DNA from: Gemmatimonas sp.
GTDB lineage: Bacteria > Gemmatimonadota > Gemmatimonadetes > Gemmatimonadales > Gemmatimonadaceae
Length of the DNA: 64,000 bases
Assembly: GCA_965279375.1 (NCBI GenBank)
Contig: OZ257156.1
Coordinates: 416,001-480,000 of the forward strand
Reading direction: 5' to 3'
Positions 29,803 through 39,797 of the stretch are shown piece after piece. The notes beneath the pieces are model-generated. The model was not told where the DNA came from, ran no database searches, and was given only the letters and a program-made list of their open reading frames with translations. Position 1 is the first letter of the stretch. Every line of letters begins with the position of its first letter. The translations under genes and the position numbers were made by a program.

Positions 29803-30582
29803 TCAACGACGGGTCTTCGCCGGTGGCGCATAGTTGAGCAGCATCACGAGCGTGCCGTTGTTCTCCGACGCGCGCAGTCGCGGCACCGCGATCCACTGCT
29901 GCATCCAGAGTGCATCCACGCGATACGTGCTCGACAGCGGGATGCCCGCCCCGACCGAAAAGCGATTCTGATCCACCGAGACGCCGCGGTCTACGCTGGA
30001 CAAACCGACGAAGAGTTCGTTCTGGACGATCGCTAACGGCGCCTTGCCGCGCAGCGACAGCGCGGGCACCGGATGCGAGAAGCGTTGCAGCGAACGCACG
30101 CGCCGACTGTAGCGCGCCTTACTGAGATAGTTATCGCCATTGGCGCTGGTGCGTACGTCGGCAATCCAGCGCGCCTCCAGACGAAAGCGGTGCATGATGT
30201 CGAAATCGCCCGCCTTCTGATTGAGCTGCAGCAGGGCGAAGGCCTGCCGCTCACGGGTGGGATACGGCAGCGGCAGTTCACCATACGTGGCCGTCGCGAC
30301 GCGATTGATTCCTGCTCCCAGTCGAAGCCCCGGTCGCAGCCGATACGTCACGCTGCCACGCGTGAGCAACTGCTGCGGCTTGTCACCCAATCCGGTCCGA
30401 CGCCAACTCAGATCGCCGAGGAATGCGACACGGTCGGTGATGGGCCGATCGACCGCCAGCGTAAGCCAAGTGTGCTCCGCTCGCACGGTGCGCCAGTCGC
30501 TGTCGGTTTGTGCCGCAACTTCGTGCGGCAGCAGTGCCAGACCAACCACGGTCGCCGCTGTCGCGAATGCACTTCGGGCCAT
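29803..30582 (-). CDS. DUF2490-like outer-membrane beta-barrel protein
   Basis: Signal peptide; HRFRLEARW, RRVR, NELF, DQNRF motifs; amphipathic strands. Confidence 0.8.
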   Translation of the reverse strand: MARSAFATAATVVGLALLPHEVAAQTDSDWRTVRAEHTWLTLAVDRPITDRVAFLGDLSWRRTGLGDKPQQLLTRGSVTYRLRPGLRLGAGINRVATATYGELPLPYPTRERQAFALLQLNQKAGDFDIMHRFRLEARWIADVRTSANGDNYLSKARYSRRVRSLQRFSHPVPALSLRGKAPLAIVQNELFVGLSSVDRGVSVDQNRFSVGAGIPLSSTYRVDALWMQQWIAVPRLRASENNGTLVMLLNYAPPAKTRR

Positions 30583-30588
30583 CGCGTC

Positions 30589-32253
30589 TCACTCCGTCTG
30601 GGATCGTTCAAGCGCGACGACTCGCGCCTCGAGTTGCTGGAACTGCTCCAGTGAGACTAACGCAGTGCGCCGATCACCCACTTCCGCGAACGGTGCGTTC
30701 GCTGGTACGGATGCGGCGGGGCCACCTGCGCGCGGCACCGACGACGCGGGCGTCAACTGCACCGCCGTCACGCGACCGCTCGAGGCTCCCCCGGCACGCC
30801 GCTCCACGCGGCGCAACACACTGCCACCGAGCGGCCCGAGCCAGAAGGCGCGCATCAGCCATTCGCCCGGAGGCCGACGCAGCGGACTACGGACCAGGCT
30901 GACGATGGTGAGTCCCCGAATCACCGCAATCGCGTACAACATGATCGAACCGGGCAGCTTCACCCCGTACCAGTCGGGACGGAGTTCGACACGCTGGTAC
31001 TTGAAGACGTACCACTTCATCACGAGGGTGGATGCGAAGAGCAGCACGCTGACGATCACCTGCTTGCGACGTCGTGCCACCACGCGCGCGTCCGCACGGA
31101 GCTGCGCCCGATCGGCGTCGCGTTCGGCGAGAATCGCAGTGAGGCCTCGCTGGGTCTCGGACACGCCAAATCCGCGTAGCGCGAGGCGTCGCGCCTGCTC
31201 CAGCGTCTGCGTCAGACGTCCCCACACCACCGCCGCGAACATCACGACCGGCAGAATGATGTCCAGGTTGCCGTTGTAGAGGCGCCCGAGCGCCACGTAC
31301 AGCAGCACGCCCATTACCAGACCACCGCCAAGCACGAGCCCCGCTTGCGAGGCCTCCTCGGCGAAGAGGCGGATAGGCAGCGGGACCTCGGGGCCAGCCA
31401 GCTTGGCGGCGTCGAGGGTATCCACCAGCTCTTCCGCGTTGGCGAAGCGCGCGGCGGGATCCTTCTGCACGCAACGGTCGATCGCGTCGGCCAGCGGACG
31501 CGGCAGATCGGTGCGTTGCTCGAGTACCGGCGGCACCTGCTCGGTCAGCTGCTTGACCAGCACCTTCTGCGTGTTCTCGCCGCTGATCGCCAAGTGGGCC
31601 GTTGCCGCGAACCACGCGACGAGCCCCAGCGAGTACAGATCACTACGGCCATCCAGTGCGTCCCCCGCAGCCTGTTCGGGGCTCATGAACTCCGGTGTTC
31701 CGACGATCTCCCCGACGCGCGTGAGGCCCTGCGCCGCCGCAGGCGCCGCGATGGTGCGGGAGATGCCGAAATCCATCAGCAGAGCGCGACCGGTGGCCCG
31801 CTCCAACATGATGTTGTCGGGCTTGATGTCGCGGTGCACGACGCCCCGCCCATGCGCATACGCCAGCGCGTAACCGACGTCCTGCAGCAGTCGCACCAGC
31901 TCCTTCACACTCAACGCGCCGGCACGCTTCACCCGTTCAGCAAGACTCTCCCCTTCCACGTAACCCATGGCGAAGGCGAGCAGCCCGTCTTGGTCTTCCA
32001 CGCTGAACACGGGGACGATGTTCGGGTGGGAGAAGCTCGCGGCCATGCGCGTCTCGCGCAGGAAGCGGTCTCGCAAGTCCGCCTGCGTGGCGAACTCCGG
32101 AGGCAGCACTTTGATGGCGACCAGCCGATCGAGCTGGAGGTCGCGCGCGAGGTAGACCGCCCCCATGCCGCCGCGGCCGAGCTGTCGGTCGATGACATAG
32201 CGATCGCCGAGCCTGGCTCGCAGGGTGTCGTGTGCGGCGTCCGGAGGGGTCAC
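30589..32253 (-). CDS. Hanks-type Ser/Thr protein kinase with C-terminal TM region
   Basis: LGRGGMGAVY, VAIK, HRDIKPDN, DFG, GTPEFMSPEQ, DLYSLG motifs. Confidence 0.96.
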   Translation of the reverse strand: MTPPDAAHDTLRARLGDRYVIDRQLGRGGMGAVYLARDLQLDRLVAIKVLPPEFATQADLRDRFLRETRMAASFSHPNIVPVFSVEDQDGLLAFAMGYVEGESLAERVKRAGALSVKELVRLLQDVGYALAYAHGRGVVHRDIKPDNIMLERATGRALLMDFGISRTIAAPAAAQGLTRVGEIVGTPEFMSPEQAAGDALDGRSDLYSLGLVAWFAATAHLAISGENTQKVLVKQLTEQVPPVLEQRTDLPRPLADAIDRCVQKDPAARFANAEELVDTLDAAKLAGPEVPLPIRLFAEEASQAGLVLGGGLVMGVLLYVALGRLYNGNLDIILPVVMFAAVVWGRLTQTLEQARRLALRGFGVSETQRGLTAILAERDADRAQLRADARVVARRRKQVIVSVLLFASTLVMKWYVFKYQRVELRPDWYGVKLPGSIMLYAIAVIRGLTIVSLVRSPLRRPPGEWLMRAFWLGPLGGSVLRRVERRAGGASSGRVTAVQLTPASSVPRAGGPAASVPANAPFAEVGDRRTALVSLEQFQQLEARVVALERSQTE

Positions 32254-32325
32254 CGATATGTCACGGTTGATTCGTGAGACAATGGCCAGCCATTCACGCT
32301 GTCCGCTCCTTAGTCTTCAGGCAGG

Positions 32326-33948
32326 ATGACTCCAACGACCGCACGCAGAATGGCAGCACACATTGGCGACACGCCGGCGGAGCGTGCCCAGGCTGCGGCC
32401 GACTTTGTGCGCCGCTACCGGTGGCTGATCCTGTTAGGGCTGATCACCGCCGCGATCATGGAAGTGCTGGATACCACGATCGTCAACGTAGCACTTCCCC
32501 AGATGGCCGGTAATCTCGGCGCGACGCAGGAAGAGATCGCGTGGGTGTCGACTGGCTACATCCTGGCGAATGTGATCTTTCTGCCGATGACGGCGTTCTT
32601 TGCCGCGCGCTTCGGGCGACGGCGGTACCTGACGGCTTCGATCTTTCTCTTCATCGTCGCCTCGTTCTTCTGCGGCACGTCGAATACGCTGATCGAGCTG
32701 GTATTCTGGCGCATTCTGCAGGGCGCGGGGGGCGCCGCGCTGCTGTCGACGGCGCAGGCGACTTTGCGACAGATCTTCCCACCGGAAGAACAAGGGCTCG
32801 TGCAGGCGGTGTTCCTGCTCGGCGTGATCGTGGCGCCGACGCTTGGCCCCACGCTCGGCGGATGGATCACCGACAACTACACCTGGAACTGGTGCTTCTT
32901 CATCAACGTGCCGATCGGGCTCGTGTCGGCGTTCCTGGTGAACGGATTCCTGCGCGATCCGCCAGACCAGCAGGCGCACACTGGCGACGTGGACTGGCTG
33001 GGTATCGGTCTGCTGACCGTTGGCGTCGGCGGCATGCAGTATGTGCTGGAGGAAGGCAACGCGAAGGACTGGTTCGACGACAAGTGGATTCTGCGCATCG
33101 CGATCGTCGCGGCGATCTCGCTGGTGTGGATGGTGTGGTGGGAACTGCACCCGCGAAACACGCATCCCGTCGTGAACTTTCGCGTGCTGCACAACCGGAC
33201 GCTCGCCGCAGCGCTCTTTCTCTTCGTCGCGCTGGGCTTCGGCTTGTACGGTGGTGTCTTTCTCTTCCCGCTCTTCGCGCAGGGCATTCTGCACTTCACG
33301 CCGACCGAGACGGGGCTCGTGATGCTGCCCGGCGGCCTCGCGACCGGTGCGAGCGCGCTGATCTGTGGCGCGCTGCTCAACGGCAAACAGCCCAAGGCCG
33401 ACCCACGCCTGCTGATCGCGGGTGGCGTGGTACTTTTCGCGGTTTCGATGTGGATCATGGGCCATCTGACGACGTCGGCGGGCGCGGACGACGTGCGCTT
33501 CGCGCTGCTCGTGCGCGGCTTCGGACTGGGACTGCTGTTCGTGCCGATCAACGCGGCGGCGTACGGCAGCATCAAGCCGTCCGAGGCGCAGCAGGCCGCA
33601 GGACTGATCAACCTCTCACGGCAGCTCGGTGGCGCATTCGGCATTGCGGTGCTGGCGAACCAGGTGAACAAGCTGACGCAGTATCATCGCGTCGCGCTGT
33701 CGTCTGACCTCAGTGCAGGCAGTCTGCTGGTCGAAGAGCGGCTGCAGATGCTCACGAGCGGATTTGTGTCACGTGGAATGGATGCGGTCGCGGCGCATCA
33801 AGCGGCGCTGGCCGCGCTCAACGCGCAAGTGCAGCGACAGGCGTCGATGCTCAGCTTCAACGACGCATGGATCTTCGTGCTGATCGTCTTCGCGGTCGTC
33901 TCCCCATCCATCCTCCTGCTGGGTAAGCCGAAACCCAAGGCCGCGTAA
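32326..33948 (+). CDS. DHA2 (EmrB/QacA) MFS efflux transporter
   Basis: EVLDTTIVNVALP, RILQG.GG, APTLGPTLGG, W.WCFFINVPIG, RQLGG motifs; 14 TM. Confidence 0.95.
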   Translation: MTPTTARRMAAHIGDTPAERAQAAADFVRRYRWLILLGLITAAIMEVLDTTIVNVALPQMAGNLGATQEEIAWVSTGYILANVIFLPMTAFFAARFGRRRYLTASIFLFIVASFFCGTSNTLIELVFWRILQGAGGAALLSTAQATLRQIFPPEEQGLVQAVFLLGVIVAPTLGPTLGGWITDNYTWNWCFFINVPIGLVSAFLVNGFLRDPPDQQAHTGDVDWLGIGLLTVGVGGMQYVLEEGNAKDWFDDKWILRIAIVAAISLVWMVWWELHPRNTHPVVNFRVLHNRTLAAALFLFVALGFGLYGGVFLFPLFAQGILHFTPTETGLVMLPGGLATGASALICGALLNGKQPKADPRLLIAGGVVLFAVSMWIMGHLTTSAGADDVRFALLVRGFGLGLLFVPINAAAYGSIKPSEAQQAAGLINLSRQLGGAFGIAVLANQVNKLTQYHRVALSSDLSAGSLLVEERLQMLTSGFVSRGMDAVAAHQAALAALNAQVQRQASMLSFNDAWIFVLIVFAVVSPSILLLGKPKPKAA

Positions 33949-33951
33949 GAG

Positions 33952-36072
33952 ATGCGCTCGCATCCGCGACGAGTCGCCCGTGCACTGACCGTTCGGGTAC
34001 TGGCCGTCGCGTTGTCGACGCTGCTGCCGCACAGCATGCGTGCGCAGAGCTGCGCGCCTGTGAAGACGGGGCTCGTGCTCTCCGGCGGTGGCGCGAAAGG
34101 GTTCGCGCACATCGGGCTGTTCAAGGTGCTCGATTCGTTGCACATCCGACCGGACTTCATTGTCGGCTCCTCGATTGGTGCAATCGCTGGAGCACTGTAT
34201 GCGAGCGGATACACGGGCAATGAAATCGACTCGCTCACACGCGCGCTCCCGATCGCCAACGTGATCCGATCGTACAGCCCGACAGCGCCCGGCGTCATCG
34301 GTGCGCTGCCGGCCTTTGCGGTGTGGGAGAACAACGGCGCGGGGTACACGCTGCAAACCGGCGCCGTACGCGAGGGAGAGGTCAACGCGCTCATGTCGGC
34401 GTTGATGCTGCACGGCAACCTGCTCGCGCGCGGAGATTTCGACCGTCTGCCGATTCCGTTGCGCGTCATCGGGACTCGGCTTTCCACGCGCAAGGCGGTG
34501 GTGCTCTCCAAAGGTGATCTGGCGCAGGCCGTCCGCGCGTCGTTCGCCATTCCGCTGATCTTCTCGCCGGGCGTCGTCGGTGGCGACGTCCTGATGGACG
34601 GTGGCGTCTCCGACAACATTCCCGTCGCTGCCGCGCGCGCGATGGGCGCACAACGACTGATCATCTCCACGTTGCCCACTGGCGCCATCTCGGACGACCT
34701 CCTGGTCGATCCGCTCAAGGTGGCGCTGCGATTGACGGACTATCTGTTCGTCAACGACACGACCGGCTTTCAGCCGAACGACATCGTCGTTCGACACAAG
34801 ACAGCAGACGTGAACTCGCTGGATTTCTCAGCGAAGACGACGGACATGCTGGTGACGCGCGGTGCGGAGGCCGCGCGCGAATCGCTGCAGAATCGAGGGT
34901 GCCTGCAAACGCTGCGCGACGCGGCGGTCGCAGCCAACGGAGCGGCCGTTCCCGTTGCAGCGCCCACGGTGATGAGCGAAATCCACGTGAACAGCACGCG
35001 CTTGCTCGAGGATGTCACGCTGCGCAACGCGCTCGGATTGCGTGCGGGTCGGCCTTTCCGCGAAGACAGCCTGCGAAACCGTCTGCTGCAGCTGGGCAGT
35101 GCCGATGACTATCGCGCACTCTGGCTCACGCCATCCGGGAAGGATTCGAGTGTGTCGCTCTCCCTGACACCGGTGTATGGCGCGAAGGAAGCGGTCGTCG
35201 TCGGCTTTGCCTACGACAACGACCTTGGCGGGCGACTTTGGGGTGCATCGGCATGGCGCGATCTCTTCCATGCCTCGGTGGAGGGCGCCGCGATGTTCGA
35301 CATCAGCAAGTATCGCCAGGAGTTTCTTGGCGGACTCCTGCGCCGCATTCCCGCGTTTCAGCATGCGGCACCGCTCGTGGCCACAGCGCGGCTCGTCTCG
35401 GAAGATGTGCGCGTCTTCGACGATAGCCTCGAGCGCGCACCCATCCCCACGCGGGAAGTCGAGGTGGCTGCTGGGTTGAGCGGACGCCTCCCTGCCGGAA
35501 TCACCCTCGGCGTCACGCCAAGCGTCAGTCTCTTTCATGTCGGCGATCGACCGCAACTCGGCGCAGTTGGCATGAAGCTGCTGTTCACGCACGGCGGTGG
35601 CTATTTCAGCTCTTCTACGCGTGTCGAGGCGGATGTGAACACGCGATTCCAACGCGTGCATCTCGAAACGCGACACCGCTGGCAAGTCGGCAGCATCGAC
35701 GTGATTCCGCGCGCGCGGCTCGGCTGGAGCCATCAGGCGCCGGTGCATCAGCAGTTCGTGCTGGGCGGCTACGACGGCTTCGGCGGATTGCGCACGACTG
35801 AGCGTCGCGGCGCACAGGAAGCGATGGTCGGCGTGACACTCAAGCGGCAGCTCTTCGGACCAGTGCGCGGCACGGTTGAAGGCATGCTCGGCGCCGTCGG
35901 TGTGGAGAATGGGTTCCTGCGTCGCGAGCCCGACACCATCTATGGCCAGCGTATCACCGGCTACCGCCTCGGCGCGGAGATGCGCATCGGTCCGATCGAC
36001 ATTCGGGTGGCGCGCGGCTTCAACACGGCGAAGCGCGACAACTGGTTCATCCGCATGGGCCCGTGGTTCTAG
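33952..36072 (+). CDS. Patatin-like phospholipase with POTRA-like region and C-terminal beta-barrel (PlpD-like)
   Basis: Signal peptide; GGGAKG, GSSIG, DGG motifs; ends in aromatic beta-signal (IRMGPWF). Confidence 0.88.
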   Translation: MRSHPRRVARALTVRVLAVALSTLLPHSMRAQSCAPVKTGLVLSGGGAKGFAHIGLFKVLDSLHIRPDFIVGSSIGAIAGALYASGYTGNEIDSLTRALPIANVIRSYSPTAPGVIGALPAFAVWENNGAGYTLQTGAVREGEVNALMSALMLHGNLLARGDFDRLPIPLRVIGTRLSTRKAVVLSKGDLAQAVRASFAIPLIFSPGVVGGDVLMDGGVSDNIPVAAARAMGAQRLIISTLPTGAISDDLLVDPLKVALRLTDYLFVNDTTGFQPNDIVVRHKTADVNSLDFSAKTTDMLVTRGAEAARESLQNRGCLQTLRDAAVAANGAAVPVAAPTVMSEIHVNSTRLLEDVTLRNALGLRAGRPFREDSLRNRLLQLGSADDYRALWLTPSGKDSSVSLSLTPVYGAKEAVVVGFAYDNDLGGRLWGASAWRDLFHASVEGAAMFDISKYRQEFLGGLLRRIPAFQHAAPLVATARLVSEDVRVFDDSLERAPIPTREVEVAAGLSGRLPAGITLGVTPSVSLFHVGDRPQLGAVGMKLLFTHGGGYFSSSTRVEADVNTRFQRVHLETRHRWQVGSIDVIPRARLGWSHQAPVHQQFVLGGYDGFGGLRTTERRGAQEAMVGVTLKRQLFGPVRGTVEGMLGAVGVENGFLRREPDTIYGQRITGYRLGAEMRIGPIDIRVARGFNTAKRDNWFIRMGPWF

Positions 36073-36106
36073 CTGCGCGCTGCGGCATGCGGGGAGCGTT
36101 TAACGC

Positions 36107-36844
36107 CTAGCTGCCGAAACGCTCCGTGCGGATGCGCGCGGAGTCGATGCCTGCTGCCACGAGCAGGTCGGCAGTGCCACCCGCGAACGCGTTGCTGCCG
36201 CAGACGAAGCAGAGATCGGGCGACTGTGTCTGGCCGTGCAACAGCGCAGCGACGACTTCGGCATCGATGCGGCGACTGAAATCCTGTGGACGTCGCGCCT
36301 GATCGCGCGTGAGGCAGAAGACCACGCGCAGGTCGCGTTGCGCTTGCTCGTGTGCCAGCAATTCCTCGCGATAGAGCACGTCATCCCAGGTACGCGCCGA
36401 GTAGAGGAGCGTCATCTGAGGCGGTTGTCGCAGGAAGCTGCGCGTGCGCACCATCGACATCAGCGGCGCAACGCCGGAACCGCCACCGACCAGCAGCACG
36501 CGACCGTCGCTTTCGCCGCGCCAGACAAAGTGCTCGGCGAATGGACCGCTCACCTCGACGGTATCACCCGGTTGTGCCACGTCGTGAAACCACGATGACA
36601 CTTCACCATCAGGGAGACGCTCGACGGCGAGCTCGAAGGTGCTCATCATGGCGGGCGCCGACGTGACCGAGTAGCTGCGACGCGCCTGATAGCCGTCGCT
36701 GGCGGTGAGGCGCACGTCGATGTGCTGACCGGGCGCGAGTGCGCGCCACGCCTTGGGGCGGAGCACGACGCGCATGACCGTAGGTGTCAGCAGCGAGCAT
36801 TCCTCTATGGTGGCCTCCTGCCACCCGGACGAGACTTCAGTCAT
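36107..36844 (-). CDS. FAD/NAD(P)H ferredoxin-reductase-family oxidoreductase
   Basis: PGQH, RSYS, GEVS, GGGSGVAP, LYSAR, VCGS, TERF motifs. Confidence 0.92.
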   Translation of the reverse strand: MTEVSSGWQEATIEECSLLTPTVMRVVLRPKAWRALAPGQHIDVRLTASDGYQARRSYSVTSAPAMMSTFELAVERLPDGEVSSWFHDVAQPGDTVEVSGPFAEHFVWRGESDGRVLLVGGGSGVAPLMSMVRTRSFLRQPPQMTLLYSARTWDDVLYREELLAHEQAQRDLRVVFCLTRDQARRPQDFSRRIDAEVVAALLHGQTQSPDLCFVCGSNAFAGGTADLLVAAGIDSARIRTERFGS

Positions 36845-37457
36845 TCGTGAAACGTTGTTCGCGCCATGGGTCCCCACGCATGTGGTAGCCGCGCAGCTCC
36901 CAGAAGCCGGCTTCGTCGCGCTGCGTGAACTGGAGACCGTTCACCCATTTAGCCGACTTCCAGAAGTAGAGATGCGGCACGAGAAGCCGCGCGGGACCAC
37001 CATGGTCGGCGGTGAGTGGAAGTCCGTCGTACTTGAGCGCGATCATCGCCTGCCCGTTCGTGAGATCCGCCAGCGGCACGTTCGTCGAGTATCCCTCGAC
37101 GGTGTGCGCAAGCACGAACGGCGTCGGCGCCGAGTCCGAGGCAACCTCGATACCGGCGTCGGCGAAGAGGTCATCCACGAGGACGCCTTCCCAGCGTGTG
37201 TCGAGCTTGGACCACGTAGTCACGCAATGGATGTCGCGCGTGAACGTCGTCATCGGCAGCGCATTGAACTCCGCCCAGCTCCAACGTTTGACTGGGCGCG
37301 GACCGATGCGCAGCGAGAAGGACCATTCCGCCGTGTTCACACGCGGCGTGGGGCCGGCGGAGAGCACGGGAAAGTCCATGGACAGATGCTGGCCGGGGGG
37401 GATACGTGCTGCCGCGTCTGCTGGCGGACGCCGACCGTGGAATCCTCGTGTAACCAT
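36837..37457 (-). CDS. Sulfite-oxidase-like molybdopterin oxidoreductase (YuiH-like)
   Basis: PPGQ, FPVL, DIHCVTTWSK, YSTNVPL, HGGPARL..PHLYFWKSAKW, GFWE..GYH..GDPW.EQR motifs. Confidence 0.93.
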   Translation of the reverse strand: MVTRGFHGRRPPADAAARIPPGQHLSMDFPVLSAGPTPRVNTAEWSFSLRIGPRPVKRWSWAEFNALPMTTFTRDIHCVTTWSKLDTRWEGVLVDDLFADAGIEVASDSAPTPFVLAHTVEGYSTNVPLADLTNGQAMIALKYDGLPLTADHGGPARLLVPHLYFWKSAKWVNGLQFTQRDEAGFWELRGYHMRGDPWREQRFTND

Positions 37458-37626
37458 GGCTGGAAGTTCGCACCAGCGACGCAAGGGAGCAACGCAGCAG
37501 GCGGCGCGGACACGTGATGGGCACATCCGCTTGCGCAGTATCGAGCACGGGCGAATCATCAAGGAAGGCTTGTCGCGAATGTCCTTGGCGTTATGCGCCC
37601 TTCCGTGTCCTCCACCGATTGATCGT

Positions 37627-38658
37627 GTGACTGCTGACGCAACCCCGCAACAACCGGATACACCACCGCAGGCCCCTCACGGGACCGACGATCTCGGGCT
37701 GGGGAGCGTCGTCGCCTCGCGCTCGCGTGGACGATTCCTCACGCGCGAGGGGATCAGCACGTCGCGCAAGTACGGACTCGGCGCACAGCGCGCGGAGCGA
37801 TTCTATCTCGCCGCGCTCGACGCGGGGTGGCTGTCGTTCATGGCGTGGCTCATCGGGCTGACGCTGCTGTTGAACGGCTGCTTTGCGCTCGCGTACATGT
37901 CGCTTGGGCCGCAGGCGTTGTACGGCACGGAGTCACTCGGGCTCGACGATCCGTTCCTGCGGGCACTGAGTTTCAGTGTCGCCGTGTTCACTACGACTGG
38001 CACGGGCGCGATGCATGCCGTCGGCGCGACAGCGCATTGGCTCGTGGTGTTCGAGTCGCTGCTGGGGCCGATCATGCTGATCATCGCCGCCGGCGTGCTG
38101 ATTGCGCGCATGACGCGTCCGCGCATGCAGTTGCGTTTCACCGAGGGAGCCGTGGTGGCGCCGTACGAGGGCGGGCGCGGTCTCATGTTCCGGTTCGTGA
38201 ACGTGCAGCGCAGCGACCTGAGCGACGTGCATGTACACATGAACCTCTCGCGCTACGAGCAGATCGACGGGAAACGTGAGCGCAATTTCCATGAGCTTGA
38301 ACTGGAGCGCTCATCGGTGGAGATGTTCCCGTTGCACTGGACCGTGGTGCATCCACTGACGGCGAACAGTCCGTTGGCGGGGATGACTCCCGAGAGCATG
38401 GCGGCGTCGCAAGCGGAACTGCTGATCTTCGTCAGCGCGCACGAAGCGACCTTCTCGACGCGCGTGACCGCGAAGACGTCGTATCTGTACGACGAAATCC
38501 GCTGGGACGCGAAGTGGGCAAGCGTCTTCACGAGCAGCCCGGACGATGTGATCGCCATCGACGTCGATCGCCTCGACCGCACCGAGCAGCTGCCGGAAGG
38601 CTCCACGACGCTGCCCGCCGCGATCGAGTTGGCCACTGGCCCAGCAAGAGTGAACTAG
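37627..38658 (+). CDS. KirBac-like inward-rectifier channel with atypical selectivity filter
   Basis: DLGLG N-terminus, two TM helices with pore helix FSVAVFTTTGTG, AR..RP, LMFR..N, L.WTVVHP...SPL.G, SY...EI.W..K motifs. Confidence 0.88.
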   Translation: MTADATPQQPDTPPQAPHGTDDLGLGSVVASRSRGRFLTREGISTSRKYGLGAQRAERFYLAALDAGWLSFMAWLIGLTLLLNGCFALAYMSLGPQALYGTESLGLDDPFLRALSFSVAVFTTTGTGAMHAVGATAHWLVVFESLLGPIMLIIAAGVLIARMTRPRMQLRFTEGAVVAPYEGGRGLMFRFVNVQRSDLSDVHVHMNLSRYEQIDGKRERNFHELELERSSVEMFPLHWTVVHPLTANSPLAGMTPESMAASQAELLIFVSAHEATFSTRVTAKTSYLYDEIRWDAKWASVFTSSPDDVIAIDVDRLDRTEQLPEGSTTLPAAIELATGPARVN

Positions 38659-38703
38659 GCGACGTCGCTCGCGGGACAACGTCGCGCGCGCCCTGCAACG
38701 TCC

Positions 38704-39792
38704 CTACAACGCGCTGACGACGGCGTGCGCGACATCCTGCGTGTTGGCGGCGCCGCCCAGGTCCGGCGTGCGCGGTCCACCGCCGCCCACCACCTGCTCG
38801 ATCGCACGCACGATGCGATCGTGTGCCTCGCGCAGCCCCAGATGCTGGAGCATCAGCGCACCGGCCCAGATGGCGCCGATCGGATTGGCGATGCCGCGCC
38901 CGGCGATATCGGGCGCTGAGCCGTGGATCGGTTCAAACATCGACGGCTGACGACGCGAGGGATCGATGTTGGCGCCGGGCGCGACGCCGAGACTGCCCGA
39001 GACTGCGGCACCCAGATCGGTCAGGATATCGCCGAAGAGATTGGACGCGACAATGACGTCGATGGTGCCGGGATGGGTGACCATGCGCGCGGCGAGCGCA
39101 TCGACGTGATACTTGCGATACTCGACCGAAGGAAACTCAGGCGCGATCGCTTCGACGGCCTCATCCCAAAGCACCATCGTGTGCTGCATCGCGTTCGACT
39201 TGGTCGCACTGGCCAGCATCCGTCGCGGGCGCGACGCCGCCAGCTCGAAGGCATAGCGCACCACACGGTCCACGCCACGCCGTGTGAAGATGCTCGTTTG
39301 CTCGGCGACTTCATGCGGCGTGCCCTTGAGCATGCGCCCGCCCACACCGCTGTACTCGCCTTCGGAGTTCTCACGCACGCACACCATGTCGATATCGGCC
39401 GGCGTGCGTCCAGCCAATGGAGACGTGACGCCCGGCAGCAGCCGCATGGGGCGCAGGTTCACGTACTGATCGAACCGCTGCCGAATCGGAAGAATGAGCT
39501 CCCACACCGACACATGATCGGGCACACCGGGCGCACCGACTGCACCGAGATAGATGGCGTCGAACTCCTGCAAGCGATCCAGCGCATCGTCGTCCATCAT
39601 CTTGCCGGTGCGCCGATAGAAGTCGCATCCCCACGGGAACTCGGTGAACTCCAGGGAGCGCGCTTCGCTGCGGACCGCATGCTTGAGCACTTCGATGCCG
39701 GCGGGGATCACTTCGGTGCCGATACCATCGCCCGCGATCACGGCGATACGCAGCGGACGGTTAGGGTCGACGGAACCAGACGCGTGGGTCAT
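38704..39792 (-). CDS. Tartrate/D-malate dehydrogenase (decarboxylating; IDH/IPMDH family)
   Basis: GDGIG.EV, VPDHVS.W.L..PIR..FDQYVNLRP, RENSEGEY, TKSN, SNLFGDILTD, EPIHGSAPDI motifs. Confidence 0.88.
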   Translation of the reverse strand: MTHASGSVDPNRPLRIAVIAGDGIGTEVIPAGIEVLKHAVRSEARSLEFTEFPWGCDFYRRTGKMMDDDALDRLQEFDAIYLGAVGAPGVPDHVSVWELILPIRQRFDQYVNLRPMRLLPGVTSPLAGRTPADIDMVCVRENSEGEYSGVGGRMLKGTPHEVAEQTSIFTRRGVDRVVRYAFELAASRPRRMLASATKSNAMQHTMVLWDEAVEAIAPEFPSVEYRKYHVDALAARMVTHPGTIDVIVASNLFGDILTDLGAAVSGSLGVAPGANIDPSRRQPSMFEPIHGSAPDIAGRGIANPIGAIWAGALMLQHLGLREAHDRIVRAIEQVVGGGGPRTPDLGGAANTQDVAHAVVSAL

Positions 39793-39797
39793 TCCGC

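Noticed and set aside
37012..37626. Long N-terminal extensions in the ORF track (channel; also 14736, 42485, 46300, 58797 starts)
   Set aside because: They overlap neighbouring real genes; downstream starts fit signal peptides and domain boundaries.
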